Source: an uncultured delta proteobacterium (GTDB taxonomy: Bacteria; Myxococcota; Myxococcia; Myxococcales; Myxococcaceae). Taken from it: a stretch of 64,000 bases of DNA. The notes under the pieces are model-generated. The model was not told the DNA's origin, did no database searches, and saw only the letters and a list, made by a program, of their open reading frames with translations. The position numbers and the translations under genes were made by a program. Each line of letters begins with the position of its first letter. Within the stretch, counting starts at the first letter, position 1. The stretch lies in assembly GCA_963713045.1 (NCBI GenBank), contig CAVQKE010000004.1:64001-128000 (forward strand), read 5' to 3'. This document shows positions 39,579 through 49,038 of this stretch, piece after piece.

Positions 39579-42041
39579 CTAATCTTTTGCTTTCGCCTTC
39601 GCGTCCCCCACCTTCTTTTGGTCCGCATCTGTCAGTTGTGAGGGGCCCAGGTTGAAAGTGACTTTGTCGATTTTCCCGTTGAAGCGGAACGGCACCTGGT
39701 AGTCCAGGTCGTTGACGCCCGAGCGGGTGTCCACGCCGACATCGAACGTCTCGCAGGGCGGGAGTAGGAAGGGGATGGTCTTCGGAAGTGTCAGCGCACG
39801 GACTTCCTTTCCGTCCACCTTCAACACGCCGGTGCCGCTCTTCGCGATTCCCGGACCGTCATATTTGAAATCAAAGACGATGGTGTGCTTCCCCGTTGTG
39901 AGGGGCGGTGTCCCAATGGGCGCAGCCCACCGGGCCGTGATGAGCATCACCAAGTTGTAGGTGAAGACCGGCTGCCCCTTGAGCAGGTAAAGCCCATAGC
40001 CGCCGAAGCGCCCGCCCTCCGTGACAATCATCCCATCGCCGCCACCGCCGGGGACTTCGACTTCGGCGGTAATCGTGAACGACTTGTTCAGGATGCTCGG
40101 TGCGTTCCCATCCGGAATGCCGACGTTCTCGCCGGAGTAGGTGAACGTTGTCACACCAGCCGTGGCGCTGGGCCGAGGTGCAATGGCTCGCGCAAACTGC
40201 TCGTTGTCCAGCGGCAAGACGTTGTACTTTTTGGCTTCCGTCAGGAAGAGCGCCTGCATCTCCTTGAGCTTGCCCGGCATTTTCGCTGAAAGGTCGTTGG
40301 CCTGCGAGTAGTCCTCGACCAGGTTGTACAGCTCCCACTTGTAGGCGTTGATGTCGCCCATCGGCTTGCCCAACTCCCAGGGCGGGACGGGTGGCGTCGT
40401 ATTCGCGTACCAGCCCTCTTTGTAAATTCCCCGGTTCGCGGCCATCTCGAAGTACTGGACCTTGTGAGTCGAGGGCGCATCCGGGTGGTCGAAGGTGTAG
40501 GCCATGCTGACGCCTTCGATGGGTTTTTGTTTGATGCCGTCGACGGTTTGTGGCGCCTTGATGCCGCTGACTTCAAGGATGGTCGGCACGATGTCAATCA
40601 TGTGATGGAACTGTCGGCGAATTCCGCCGAGGTCCTTAATCCGAGCGGGCCATGAAATGGCCAGCCCCTGGCGCGTCCCGCCGAAGTGCGACGCCACCTG
40701 CTTGGTCCACTTGAAGGGCGTGTCGAAGGCCCAGGCCCAACCAACGGCCATGTGCGGGTACGTCGTGGGCGAGCCCCATTGGTCGTAGTACTCAAGCTGT
40801 GCTTCCACCGGGACGTCTAGGACGCCGTTGTAGGCCGTGAAGACGTTGGGAGTGCCAAGGGTCGACCCCTCGGGACTCGTGCCGTTGTCGCCAACGATGT
40901 AGATGATGAGAGTGTTGTCGAGCTTGCCCATGTCTTGAACCGCTTGGATGACACGGCCAATCTCATAGTCGGTGTACGCGGTGTAGGCGGCGAAGACCTC
41001 GGCCTGCCGCGCGAAGAGCTTCTTCTCGTTGGCCGACAAGGTGTCCCACTTCGCGAGCTGGTCCGGCCACGGGGTGAGTTGCGCGTTGGCCGGAATGACG
41101 CCGAGGCGCTTCTGGTTGGCGAAAATCTGCTCCCGCATGACGTTCCAGCCCATGTCGAACTTGCCCTTGAACTTCTCAATCCACTCCTTCGTTGGCTGGT
41201 GCGGCGCGTGGCTACCGCCGGGGACGTAGTAGACAAAGAAGGGCTTTTCGGGCGCCGCGGCGTTGAGGTCGTTCATGTACCGAATGGCCTCGTCCGCCAT
41301 GTCGGTGATGAGGTTGTAGCCGGGCTTCCCCACCCACGGGTAAATCTGCGTGTGGTCGCGGAACAGATAGGGGGTCCACTGGTCGCTCTCGCCACCCATG
41401 AAGCCGTAGAAGTACTGAAAGCCCATTCCTGACGGCCACTGTTCGTACGGGCCGGCGACGCTGTACTGAAAGCCCGGCGTGTTGTGATTCTTTCCGAACC
41501 ACGAGGTGGCATACCCGTTGTCCTGGAGGATTCGGCCGATGGTCGCGTTGTCCGGGCCGATGATGGAGTCGTAGCCGGGGTATCCGGTGGACAGTTCAGT
41601 AATGACTCCGAAGCCCACCGAGTGATGGTTGCGCCCGGTGATGAGCGCCGCCCGGGTGGGCGAGCACAGGGCGGTGGAGTTGAATTCGGTGTAGCGCAGC
41701 CCTGCTTTGGCAACCCGGTCCAGGGCTGGCGTCGGGATGACGCCACCAAACGTCCCGCTGACGCCATACCCCTGGTCGTCGGTCATGATGAGCAACACGT
41801 TGGGCGCGCCCTTGGGCGGAACAACGCGCGGAGGCCACCAGGGCTTTGAATCCTTGTAGTTCTCCTTGATGACGCCACCGAACTTGGGCGGCGGCGGCGG
41901 AAGCTGCTTTCCGGCGATGGTGGTGGTGGCGCCGGGTGAGCCGAGGACTCCCGTGACTTGCTGGGCGGCAGCCGGTGCAGCGGCTAGCACGGCGGCGAGC
42001 AGAAGCACGGCCGCCCCACCATTTTTCGATTCGCCTTTCAT
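39579..42041 (-). CDS. Arylsulfatase (Cys-type formylglycine enzyme), secreted
   Basis: Signal peptide; NVLLIMTDDQG, LCSPTRAALITGR, GKNH, GDNG. Confidence 0.93.
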   Translation of the reverse strand: MKGESKNGGAAVLLLAAVLAAAPAAAQQVTGVLGSPGATTTIAGKQLPPPPPKFGGVIKENYKDSKPWWPPRVVPPKGAPNVLLIMTDDQGYGVSGTFGGVIPTPALDRVAKAGLRYTEFNSTALCSPTRAALITGRNHHSVGFGVITELSTGYPGYDSIIGPDNATIGRILQDNGYATSWFGKNHNTPGFQYSVAGPYEQWPSGMGFQYFYGFMGGESDQWTPYLFRDHTQIYPWVGKPGYNLITDMADEAIRYMNDLNAAAPEKPFFVYYVPGGSHAPHQPTKEWIEKFKGKFDMGWNVMREQIFANQKRLGVIPANAQLTPWPDQLAKWDTLSANEKKLFARQAEVFAAYTAYTDYEIGRVIQAVQDMGKLDNTLIIYIVGDNGTSPEGSTLGTPNVFTAYNGVLDVPVEAQLEYYDQWGSPTTYPHMAVGWAWAFDTPFKWTKQVASHFGGTRQGLAISWPARIKDLGGIRRQFHHMIDIVPTILEVSGIKAPQTVDGIKQKPIEGVSMAYTFDHPDAPSTHKVQYFEMAANRGIYKEGWYANTTPPVPPWELGKPMGDINAYKWELYNLVEDYSQANDLSAKMPGKLKEMQALFLTEAKKYNVLPLDNEQFARAIAPRPSATAGVTTFTYSGENVGIPDGNAPSILNKSFTITAEVEVPGGGGDGMIVTEGGRFGGYGLYLLKGQPVFTYNLVMLITARWAAPIGTPPLTTGKHTIVFDFKYDGPGIAKSGTGVLKVDGKEVRALTLPKTIPFLLPPCETFDVGVDTRSGVNDLDYQVPFRFNGKIDKVTFNLGPSQLTDADQKKVGDAKAKAKD

Positions 42042-42807
42042 CCGCGGTGCCCTTTCTGAAGCGAAGGTCAACGAGAGGCCTCGCCGTCCGAAAACAGACG
42101 CCGACAACCTCGTTCCACTGCTCAAGTGATGGGATGCCGAGCTTTCAAAGCGACCAACTCGGGTCTTCCCCCCTCGGGACGGAGACTTGCTTAGACGTTT
42201 TCTCGGTGCACCTCCAGCCGGAACGTCCGCAGGGCGTAACCATCCACACCACGGCAGTTGAACTGCCCGCCTTCGAGTGACGGAAAGTGGACTGACCTCA
42301 GTCGGCGCCAGCAGGAGGTCTTGGAGCCTGGGAAAGGCGGCCGAACCGGCGGCTGACCACCGAGCCAGTCAGTGCCCGCCGCGACGACGCCCTAGCGCAG
42401 GGAGGCGGTCGCCTGCAGGCATTGAGACAACGGCGCAGCCTCGCCGGCGGCGTCCAGTCCCGGCGCCCACCGAGGCAGCATGGACCGGAGCCCCTCGTAC
42501 AGCCACACGGCAGCGATGATGCGCTCCCACGTGCCTCGGCTTCTCTGACCCCCACTGGGGGCCTCCTCGCAGCGGCTTCGCCTGGCCGGCGTGACGCCCG
42601 TTAGCACGTCCCATGCCGAAGCCGGCCCCCCCTGGACACCTTGAGCCGCCCCGACCCTTGCGGAAGGGGCGACTTCCCAGGCCAATCCAACGGAGCCCAT
42701 TCCCGCTCTGGCAGCGCTGCCGCATAACATTGGTCCCGAAGTGACCTGGTGAGGGAGCGGCCGAACCGGCGATGGTTTCTGGGCAAGGTGCTCGAGGAGT
42801 TTCGGCG

Positions 42808-43518
42808 ATGAGAGTGTTTCCTGCCCTGGAGTTGCGCGAGGGGAGCTGTGTGCAGCTGGAGGCCGGCTCCTTCGAAGCCGAGCGCTTGCGGTTGCCGCGA
42901 CCCGTGGAAGTGGCACGGCGCTGGCTGCAGCTGGGCCTTCGAGGCCTGCACCTGGTGGACCTCGACGCACTCAGCGACCGAGGCAGCAACGCCGGCGTGG
43001 TGGAGCAAGTGCTGCAGCTGCCCGGCGTTGAGGCCCAAGTCGGAGGCGGTGTCCGGGAAGAGGGCACCATTCGCCATTGGCTCGAGGCTGGCGCACGGCG
43101 TGTCATTTTGGGCACGCGGGCCATGGAAGACCGAAATTGGCTGGAGCAGATGGCCTTTCAATTTCCCGACCGTCTCGTCGTCGCGGCCGATGCCCGAGGG
43201 CGTCAGGTGGTGACGCACGGGTGGAGTCGGACGCTCGACCAAGACGTGGCCGCCCTGGTCGCTTCCTTGGACGTCTTGCCCCTGGCGGCCGTGCTGGTGA
43301 CGGCCGTCCACCGAGAAGGCCGTCTGCAGGGGACGGACGTCGCCCTCCTTGAAGAGTTGGTGGGCATCACCCGTCACCCCCTTCAGGCTGCCGGTGGCAT
43401 TTCTTCCCTCGAAGAGTTGCGGCAGCTGGACAAGGTGGGCGTGTCGGTGGCCATTCTGGGCATGGCGCTCTACACCGGTCTGCTGGACGGGGCGACCCTG
43501 GCCAAAGAATTCCCCTAA
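42808..43518 (+). CDS. HisA-like (ProFAR isomerase family) TIM-barrel protein, stand-alone
   Basis: LHLVDLD, QVGGGVR, GARRVILGT, AAGGISS, ILGMALY. Confidence 0.85.
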   Translation: MRVFPALELREGSCVQLEAGSFEAERLRLPRPVEVARRWLQLGLRGLHLVDLDALSDRGSNAGVVEQVLQLPGVEAQVGGGVREEGTIRHWLEAGARRVILGTRAMEDRNWLEQMAFQFPDRLVVAADARGRQVVTHGWSRTLDQDVAALVASLDVLPLAAVLVTAVHREGRLQGTDVALLEELVGITRHPLQAAGGISSLEELRQLDKVGVSVAILGMALYTGLLDGATLAKEFP

Positions 43519-43589
43519 GTGCTGGATGAGGCGCGGGGCGGCCTACAGACCCTGGGTGGGAAAGCGTACCGGCGCGCCCCTCGCGGCAG

Positions 43590-45281
43590 TTAACCCTCGA
43601 GGTCGTCCTCTGATGGCGCGATGTAGTGCGTCACTTGGGGGGCGCCGTCGGTGTGGAAATGGTCGACCGCGTCCTGCACGGCGCGGTCTGCGTTGGTGAC
43701 GCGCTGGTGCTGGCGCAGGTGCTCGAGCCAGGAGTCCGAAAAGAAAGTTTCGATGAAGTGCCCCGCTTGCGCAGTGTCTTCGTAGACGCCCCAGTTGAAG
43801 CCCCCATCCCGCCGGCGCTCCGCCGCGAGTTGGGAAATCGCCGCCAGGAAAGGGCGGCGGTCCTCGGGCTTCACCACATACTCCACCGTCACCAGAACCG
43901 GCCCGCGCTCCTCCTCTGCACCCTCGAAGAGAATGGGCTCGGGCCAGTGCATGGAGGGCGTGAGGTCAAGGCAAGCTCCGCTGTGCACTTTGAAGCGCGC
44001 CAGCAGCGGAATGGCGGCCAAGCTACCGCCGGCGGCGACCAGGTGCGCCATGGGGAGGCCCCAACTCGACGCGACCTGACCCCAGAGCGCGCTGCCCACT
44101 GTCATCGCGCCGAACAGCACCATCGCAAACACTGCGAGACCTCGGCCGCGCACCCAGGCCGGTAAGGAGAGCTGGGCGGAGACGTTGAGGGTTGCCAGGA
44201 CGGTTATCCACGAAAGGCCTGCTAACAGGCTCCCGGCGAGCGCCAGCGCTGGGGCGTGGGCGACAGCGAACAGCACCAACGCCCCCGCGGTGCCGACCGT
44301 GCCGAGGAGGACCAGCTGGTCGGGCCCGAGCGCCCGCTTGAGCGCGGGAAGCGCGAAGGCGCCGATGATGGCGCCGAGCCCGATGGCCCCGAGCAGCAGG
44401 CCGTACAGGGCAGCCCCGCCGCCCAACTGCTGCCGAGCCACCAGCGGGAGGAGGGCCCAGTACGCGCTGGCGAAGAGAAAAAACGCCGCAGCGCGGACCA
44501 CGGTGGAGCGAAGGTTTGGGCTGTGCCAGGCGTAGCGCACCCCGACGCGGACCGCTCGCAGCAGGGACTCCGGCGGTAGCTTGCTGGCCGGCGACTTCGG
44601 CGGCGACCACCAGAGGAGTGCCGCCACCACCGCCAGGTTGCTCAACGCGTTGAGCCAAAAGGGCGCGGCGATTCCCCAGTCGAGGATGATGAGGCCGGCC
44701 AGCGCCGGGCCAATGGCACGACTGATGTTGATGCCGACGCTGTTGAGGGCCACCGCAGCGGGCAGTTCCTCCCTCGGTACGAGTTGCGGCACCGCCGCTT
44801 GCCAGGCCGGCGTGGCCAGGGCCTCGGCGACCCCCGACAGGAAGAGAAAGGCAAGCAGGCTCGCCGGAGTGACGCGGTTGAGGCGCACCAACACGGCAAA
44901 CACCACCGTCAGAAGTGTCCCGATGACTTCCATCGCGAGCAAAAGGCGACGCCGGTTGAAGACGTCGGCCAGCGCTCCGGCGGGCAGCACGAAGAGAAAC
45001 ATCGGCAGGTAGCTCGCCACCTGCACCCACGCCACCAACCGGGCATCGGGGGTGAGTTCGGTCATCAGCCAGCCAGCGGCTGCGCTCTGCAGCCAGCCAC
45101 CGATGTTGGAGACCACCGTCGCGGTCCACACCACGGTGAAAACTCGGTGTCGAAATGGGCTGAGCGGTCCGCCGCCTTTCGCCGAAACCACAGTGGAACC
45201 TTGTCCTGTCACCGACTGGGGCTCCCCGGGGGCCCTCGCCCCTGGCAACACACTGGCGGCGCTTGCGCCCGCCGAAGGCAA
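43590..45281 (-). CDS. MFS transporter (MFS_3/DUF894 type with C-terminal soluble domain); true start probably about 45191
   Basis: AGALADVFNRR, ALNSVGINISRAIGPA, GPVLVTVEY, RRRDG, EHLRQHQR. Confidence 0.88.
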   Translation of the reverse strand: MPSAGASAASVLPGARAPGEPQSVTGQGSTVVSAKGGGPLSPFRHRVFTVVWTATVVSNIGGWLQSAAAGWLMTELTPDARLVAWVQVASYLPMFLFVLPAGALADVFNRRRLLLAMEVIGTLLTVVFAVLVRLNRVTPASLLAFLFLSGVAEALATPAWQAAVPQLVPREELPAAVALNSVGINISRAIGPALAGLIILDWGIAAPFWLNALSNLAVVAALLWWSPPKSPASKLPPESLLRAVRVGVRYAWHSPNLRSTVVRAAAFFLFASAYWALLPLVARQQLGGGAALYGLLLGAIGLGAIIGAFALPALKRALGPDQLVLLGTVGTAGALVLFAVAHAPALALAGSLLAGLSWITVLATLNVSAQLSLPAWVRGRGLAVFAMVLFGAMTVGSALWGQVASSWGLPMAHLVAAGGSLAAIPLLARFKVHSGACLDLTPSMHWPEPILFEGAEEERGPVLVTVEYVVKPEDRRPFLAAISQLAAERRRDGGFNWGVYEDTAQAGHFIETFFSDSWLEHLRQHQRVTNADRAVQDAVDHFHTDGAPQVTHYIAPSEDDLEG

Positions 45282-45350
45282 ACCTTACACCTCGTCTCCG
45301 GGGTCCATTTCCAGCGCGGAATTGCCCCTCGCGGCTTGGGAGGATTCACC

Positions 45351-46259
45351 ATGGCTAGTCCGGACGAAGGTTGGCCGAAGCTCGACTACGAGGCCAGCAA
45401 AGACACACTGGAGGCTCTCCATTTGCAGTCTCAAGTGCTGGGCAAAGTGAAGCTGGCGCTGACCACCCCGGCTCCCGAATGGCAGAACGTGCCGCTGTTT
45501 GTGAATGCGAGCGGCCTCACCACGGGCTTATTGCGCGCCGGAGAGGTCGGCCTGGAGTTGGCCTTTGACCTCGTCCGTCAGCAGCTGCTCATCTCGACCA
45601 CCGACGGCCGGCGCGACGGTTTCGAACTGAAGGCGCGCCCGTTGCGGGCCTTCACGGCCGAGGTGCGGGCCGCCCTCGGGCGGTTGAAGGTCAAGGTCGA
45701 CTTCACGCCCATGACGGTGGAAGTTCCCAAGCCCGTCAACCTTGACGAGTTCGAGGGCTGCAACGTCTATCAGCCGGATGTCACAAACCGACTGTTCCGC
45801 ATTTTGGCAAGCAACGCGTTGGTGTTCGAGGACTTCCGTGCCGGGTTTTGGGGAAAGCAGGGTCCGGTGAGCTTTTTCTGGGGCACGTTTGATTTGGCGG
45901 TGGCTCGCTTCAACCTGGTCCCTCTTCCACCGGCGCCCCAGCTGGGACGCATCTACCGGGTGGCGATGGACTCGCAACAGTTTGAGGTTGGCTTTTGGTC
46001 AGGCAATGAGAAGTACCCTCGGCCGGCCTACTACGCCTTTACCTTTCCCAAGCCGGCGGGCCTGGAAAAGGCCTCGGTGCGTCCCGCGGCGGCGCGCTGG
46101 AACGACGCCCTCGGCGAATTTCTTCTGGACTACGACCAGGTGCAGCAGTCCTCCGACCGACGCTCGCTGGTGCTCGAATTTGCCAACACCACCTATGCGG
46201 CCGGAGCGGAGCTGTGTGGCTGGGACCGGTCAATTCTGGAGCGTCGGCCGCCGCTGTAG
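45351..46259 (+). CDS. DUF5996 (Ava_C0101-like) protein
   Basis: LHLQSQVLGKV, FFWGTFDLAVARF, GFWSG, PAYYAF, LGEFLL, TYAAGAELCGW. Confidence 0.8.
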   Translation: MASPDEGWPKLDYEASKDTLEALHLQSQVLGKVKLALTTPAPEWQNVPLFVNASGLTTGLLRAGEVGLELAFDLVRQQLLISTTDGRRDGFELKARPLRAFTAEVRAALGRLKVKVDFTPMTVEVPKPVNLDEFEGCNVYQPDVTNRLFRILASNALVFEDFRAGFWGKQGPVSFFWGTFDLAVARFNLVPLPPAPQLGRIYRVAMDSQQFEVGFWSGNEKYPRPAYYAFTFPKPAGLEKASVRPAAARWNDALGEFLLDYDQVQQSSDRRSLVLEFANTTYAAGAELCGWDRSILERRPPL

Positions 46260-46295
46260 CGCCTCCGCCTACCCCCGCTGTGAGGAGAGGCTTCA

Positions 46296-47267
46296 GTGAA
46301 AGCAATCCAAATTCAAAGCTTCGGCGCGGTGAGTGGGCTGAAGCTGGTCGACCTCCCGGACCCGGTGTCTACGCCGAACACGGCGGTCGTCCGGGTGGAA
46401 GCTGCGTCCATCAATCCGAGTGACGTGAAGAATGTGCAGGGCGCGATGAAGCAAACCACGCTGCCGCGGGTGCCGGGGCGCGACTATGCCGGCGTCGTGG
46501 AGGCCGGGCCGCCCGAATGGTTGGGAGTCGAGGTGTGGGGGACGGGGGGCGACGTCGGCTTTACGAGAGACGGAACGCAGGCCCAGAAGCTGGCAGTGCC
46601 GGTGGCGAGCCTTCGTCGCAAACCGGCGCGGTTGAGTTTCGAGGAGGCGGCATGCACCGGTGTCAATTACCTGGCCGCCTGGCTTGGGGTGGTGGATGCA
46701 GCGCGGCTCCAACGGGGGGAGACGTTGGCCATTCTGGGCGCAGGCGGGGGCGTCGGTGGGGCGGCGGCGCTCATTGGCAAGCGGCTCGGTGCGCACGTCA
46801 TCGGCCTGGACAGTCGTGAGCCGCACCCCGAGGCGGCCATTCGCGCCGTCGCGGACGCCCTGGTCATTGGTGCGCCCGACCCGACGGCTGCCATTCGCGG
46901 CGCCACCGGAGGTCGGGGAGCGGACGTCGTCTTCGATGCGGTGGGCGGCGTCCTCTTCCGTCCGGCACTGGCCATGCTGGCGCACCTTGGCCGGCTGGTG
47001 GAAATCTCCTCGACGGGAACTCGCGAGGTGACCTTCAACCTGGTCGACTTTTACCACAACGAGAGCCGCCTCTTTGGGGTGGACACCTTGAAGCGTGACC
47101 TGGTCGCCTCCGCCGTGGTGCTCGGGGCCTTGGCCGAGGGCTTTGACGCGGGCGACTACCGCCCAGCTCCCATCTCCGCACGCTTCGGATTGAGTGAGGC
47201 CGTTGCTGCTTATCGCCTCGTCGCCGACGGCAGCCCTGGGCGGGTGGTGCTTCTCCCGGAGAAGTAA
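46296..47267 (+). CDS. MDR-family NADPH:quinone reductase / zinc-ADH-like protein
   Basis: AASINPSD, PGRDYAG, GAGGGVG, GADVVFDAVG. Confidence 0.9.
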   Translation: MKAIQIQSFGAVSGLKLVDLPDPVSTPNTAVVRVEAASINPSDVKNVQGAMKQTTLPRVPGRDYAGVVEAGPPEWLGVEVWGTGGDVGFTRDGTQAQKLAVPVASLRRKPARLSFEEAACTGVNYLAAWLGVVDAARLQRGETLAILGAGGGVGGAAALIGKRLGAHVIGLDSREPHPEAAIRAVADALVIGAPDPTAAIRGATGGRGADVVFDAVGGVLFRPALAMLAHLGRLVEISSTGTREVTFNLVDFYHNESRLFGVDTLKRDLVASAVVLGALAEGFDAGDYRPAPISARFGLSEAVAAYRLVADGSPGRVVLLPEK

Positions 47268-47339
47268 AAATGCGATGGAGTGTTTGGACCGGCCCGACGG
47301 GGCGGTCGTCGCTCCAGGGGGTGATACGCACCACTGTTG

Positions 47340-48896
47340 CTAGAGAGATGCGCCTTCCACGACTTGCACTGTCGGCACTTCCTCTGGATTCAACTGCCAA
47401 AACCGCGCGCGAAGCCAACCGAGGAACACGGTGGCCGTCGCGATGGTGGTGACCGCCGAAACCACCGGGAACACCGTTGCCGCCCGCGGCAAGGCGAGCG
47501 AAAATTCTGTGCTGACCGACGCGGCGACCGCCCAAACCCACCACCGCCGCCACGCCGGAGGACAGCTCAGACCGAAGAAGGGGAGAGCGCTCATCAGGTA
47601 CCAGGACTGAAACTTCGGGCTCGCCAACGTCACCAGAGCCACGACCAGCGCCCCGGTGGCAAAGGCCAGCCCTTTCTCGTCGTAGCCCCGCATCAGGCCT
47701 CGGGCGAGCGCGACAATCGCCACCAGCGCCAACAGCTGCATGAAAGTCTGGGCGACCTGCCTGATGACCGCCCGCACTTGCAGGTTCTCACCGACGGCCT
47801 CCGGGGTGAGAGGGTCCGGGTGGAACCGGTCGTCGCCTCGCAAGATGCGGACTGCGCCGTCAATACAGTCCACCACCGGGCTGCGGGACCAACTGCTTGA
47901 CGGCCCGGTCTCGTGCAGAGGGGCCACCAGAGTGGCTGGTCCCCGCCAGAAGGGCGCGTAGAACGCGGCACCCAGGACGACCAGGGACACCATGAGGAGA
48001 GCCCCCCTGCGGCGTCGCTGCGCCTGGGTGAGGGTCCCCGATAGCCAAAACCATGGAAGGGTGAATCCAAAATTCCACTTGGAGAGGGTGGCCAAGGACC
48101 AAGCGGTCGCTCCACCGAGCCCACTGGCCCGGCCTCGCATCAGCAGCCCAGCGGTGATGAGGAGGACTCCCACCAGGTCGGGGTGCAGCTGACCGGGCCC
48201 CTCCATCAGAAAGAGAGGGTTGAGCCAGAGCAGGACATGAAACAGCGGCCGGCCGCTAAAAATTCGGAACGAAATCTCCATCAGGACGGCCAGCGGCACA
48301 AGCCATCCCAGCTTCAGAAACAATTCGGCCAGCCAAGGATTGCTTCCTCCGAGGACACTCGGCCATGCCGCCACGAGACTGACCGGGCCATAGGGACTGG
48401 GACTCATGCGCCAGCGCTCACCAATCCAGGAAAACCAGGGGCTGCTGGGGAAGGAGTGCGCCGAGGTGTAGACGTCGTGGCCCTGGCTGGACAGAGAAGC
48501 GTGGGCGAAGAGGCTGAAGATGTCGTTGCTGAGGAGTGGCAACATCCAGGCAACGACAAACAGCCCGACAAAGGCCAACCGCCGTGGACGTTCGGGAGGT
48601 CGGGCGACCATCTCTGCCCAGCCAGAAACGGCCAGCCCCCAGCCGATGAACATCGCCAGAAGCAGCAGCGTGCCAAACCTCTCGGAGGGGTAATTCTCAT
48701 CAATCTTGAGCGAGCCTGTACCGAGACAGCGCGCCCAAGAGCAGAGCGTGAGCGTCGTCAGGCCGAGGAGCCAGCGAATCCAGTCTGGTCGAAGAGAGCG
48801 GGCAAGGCGGCCCATCGCGGTGACTCGGAAGGCTTGGAGCGTCTTCCCCCTTGGGAGCCAATAACCTTCGGGGGAGGTTTCATCCACCACTTTCAT
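47340..48896 (-). CDS. Polytopic GT-C glycosyltransferase (MptA/MptB-like)
   Basis: LLSNDIFS, SPYGP, NPL..EGPGQLHPD, QSWY motifs; many TM segments; start uncertain (48896 or 48920). Confidence 0.7.
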   Translation of the reverse strand: MKVVDETSPEGYWLPRGKTLQAFRVTAMGRLARSLRPDWIRWLLGLTTLTLCSWARCLGTGSLKIDENYPSERFGTLLLLAMFIGWGLAVSGWAEMVARPPERPRRLAFVGLFVVAWMLPLLSNDIFSLFAHASLSSQGHDVYTSAHSFPSSPWFSWIGERWRMSPSPYGPVSLVAAWPSVLGGSNPWLAELFLKLGWLVPLAVLMEISFRIFSGRPLFHVLLWLNPLFLMEGPGQLHPDLVGVLLITAGLLMRGRASGLGGATAWSLATLSKWNFGFTLPWFWLSGTLTQAQRRRRGALLMVSLVVLGAAFYAPFWRGPATLVAPLHETGPSSSWSRSPVVDCIDGAVRILRGDDRFHPDPLTPEAVGENLQVRAVIRQVAQTFMQLLALVAIVALARGLMRGYDEKGLAFATGALVVALVTLASPKFQSWYLMSALPFFGLSCPPAWRRWWVWAVAASVSTEFSLALPRAATVFPVVSAVTTIATATVFLGWLRARFWQLNPEEVPTVQVVEGASL

Positions 48897-49038
48897 GGCT
48901 CGCTCGCCAGGGGGAGCCACTTCAGCAGGGACTTTCTCTCGACGGATGCCTGCGGAGACCTAGGGGGTCTGCGCGCCCGGGAGAGATGGGAGCGCGGACC
49001 TCGAAGCGCAAGCCCGGCTTTCAATCTGGGGCGGCCAA

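Noticed and set aside
42392..42610. DoxX-like fragment (IIAAVWLYEGL) on the - strand
   Set aside because: A single short motif with no supporting frame; at most a remnant
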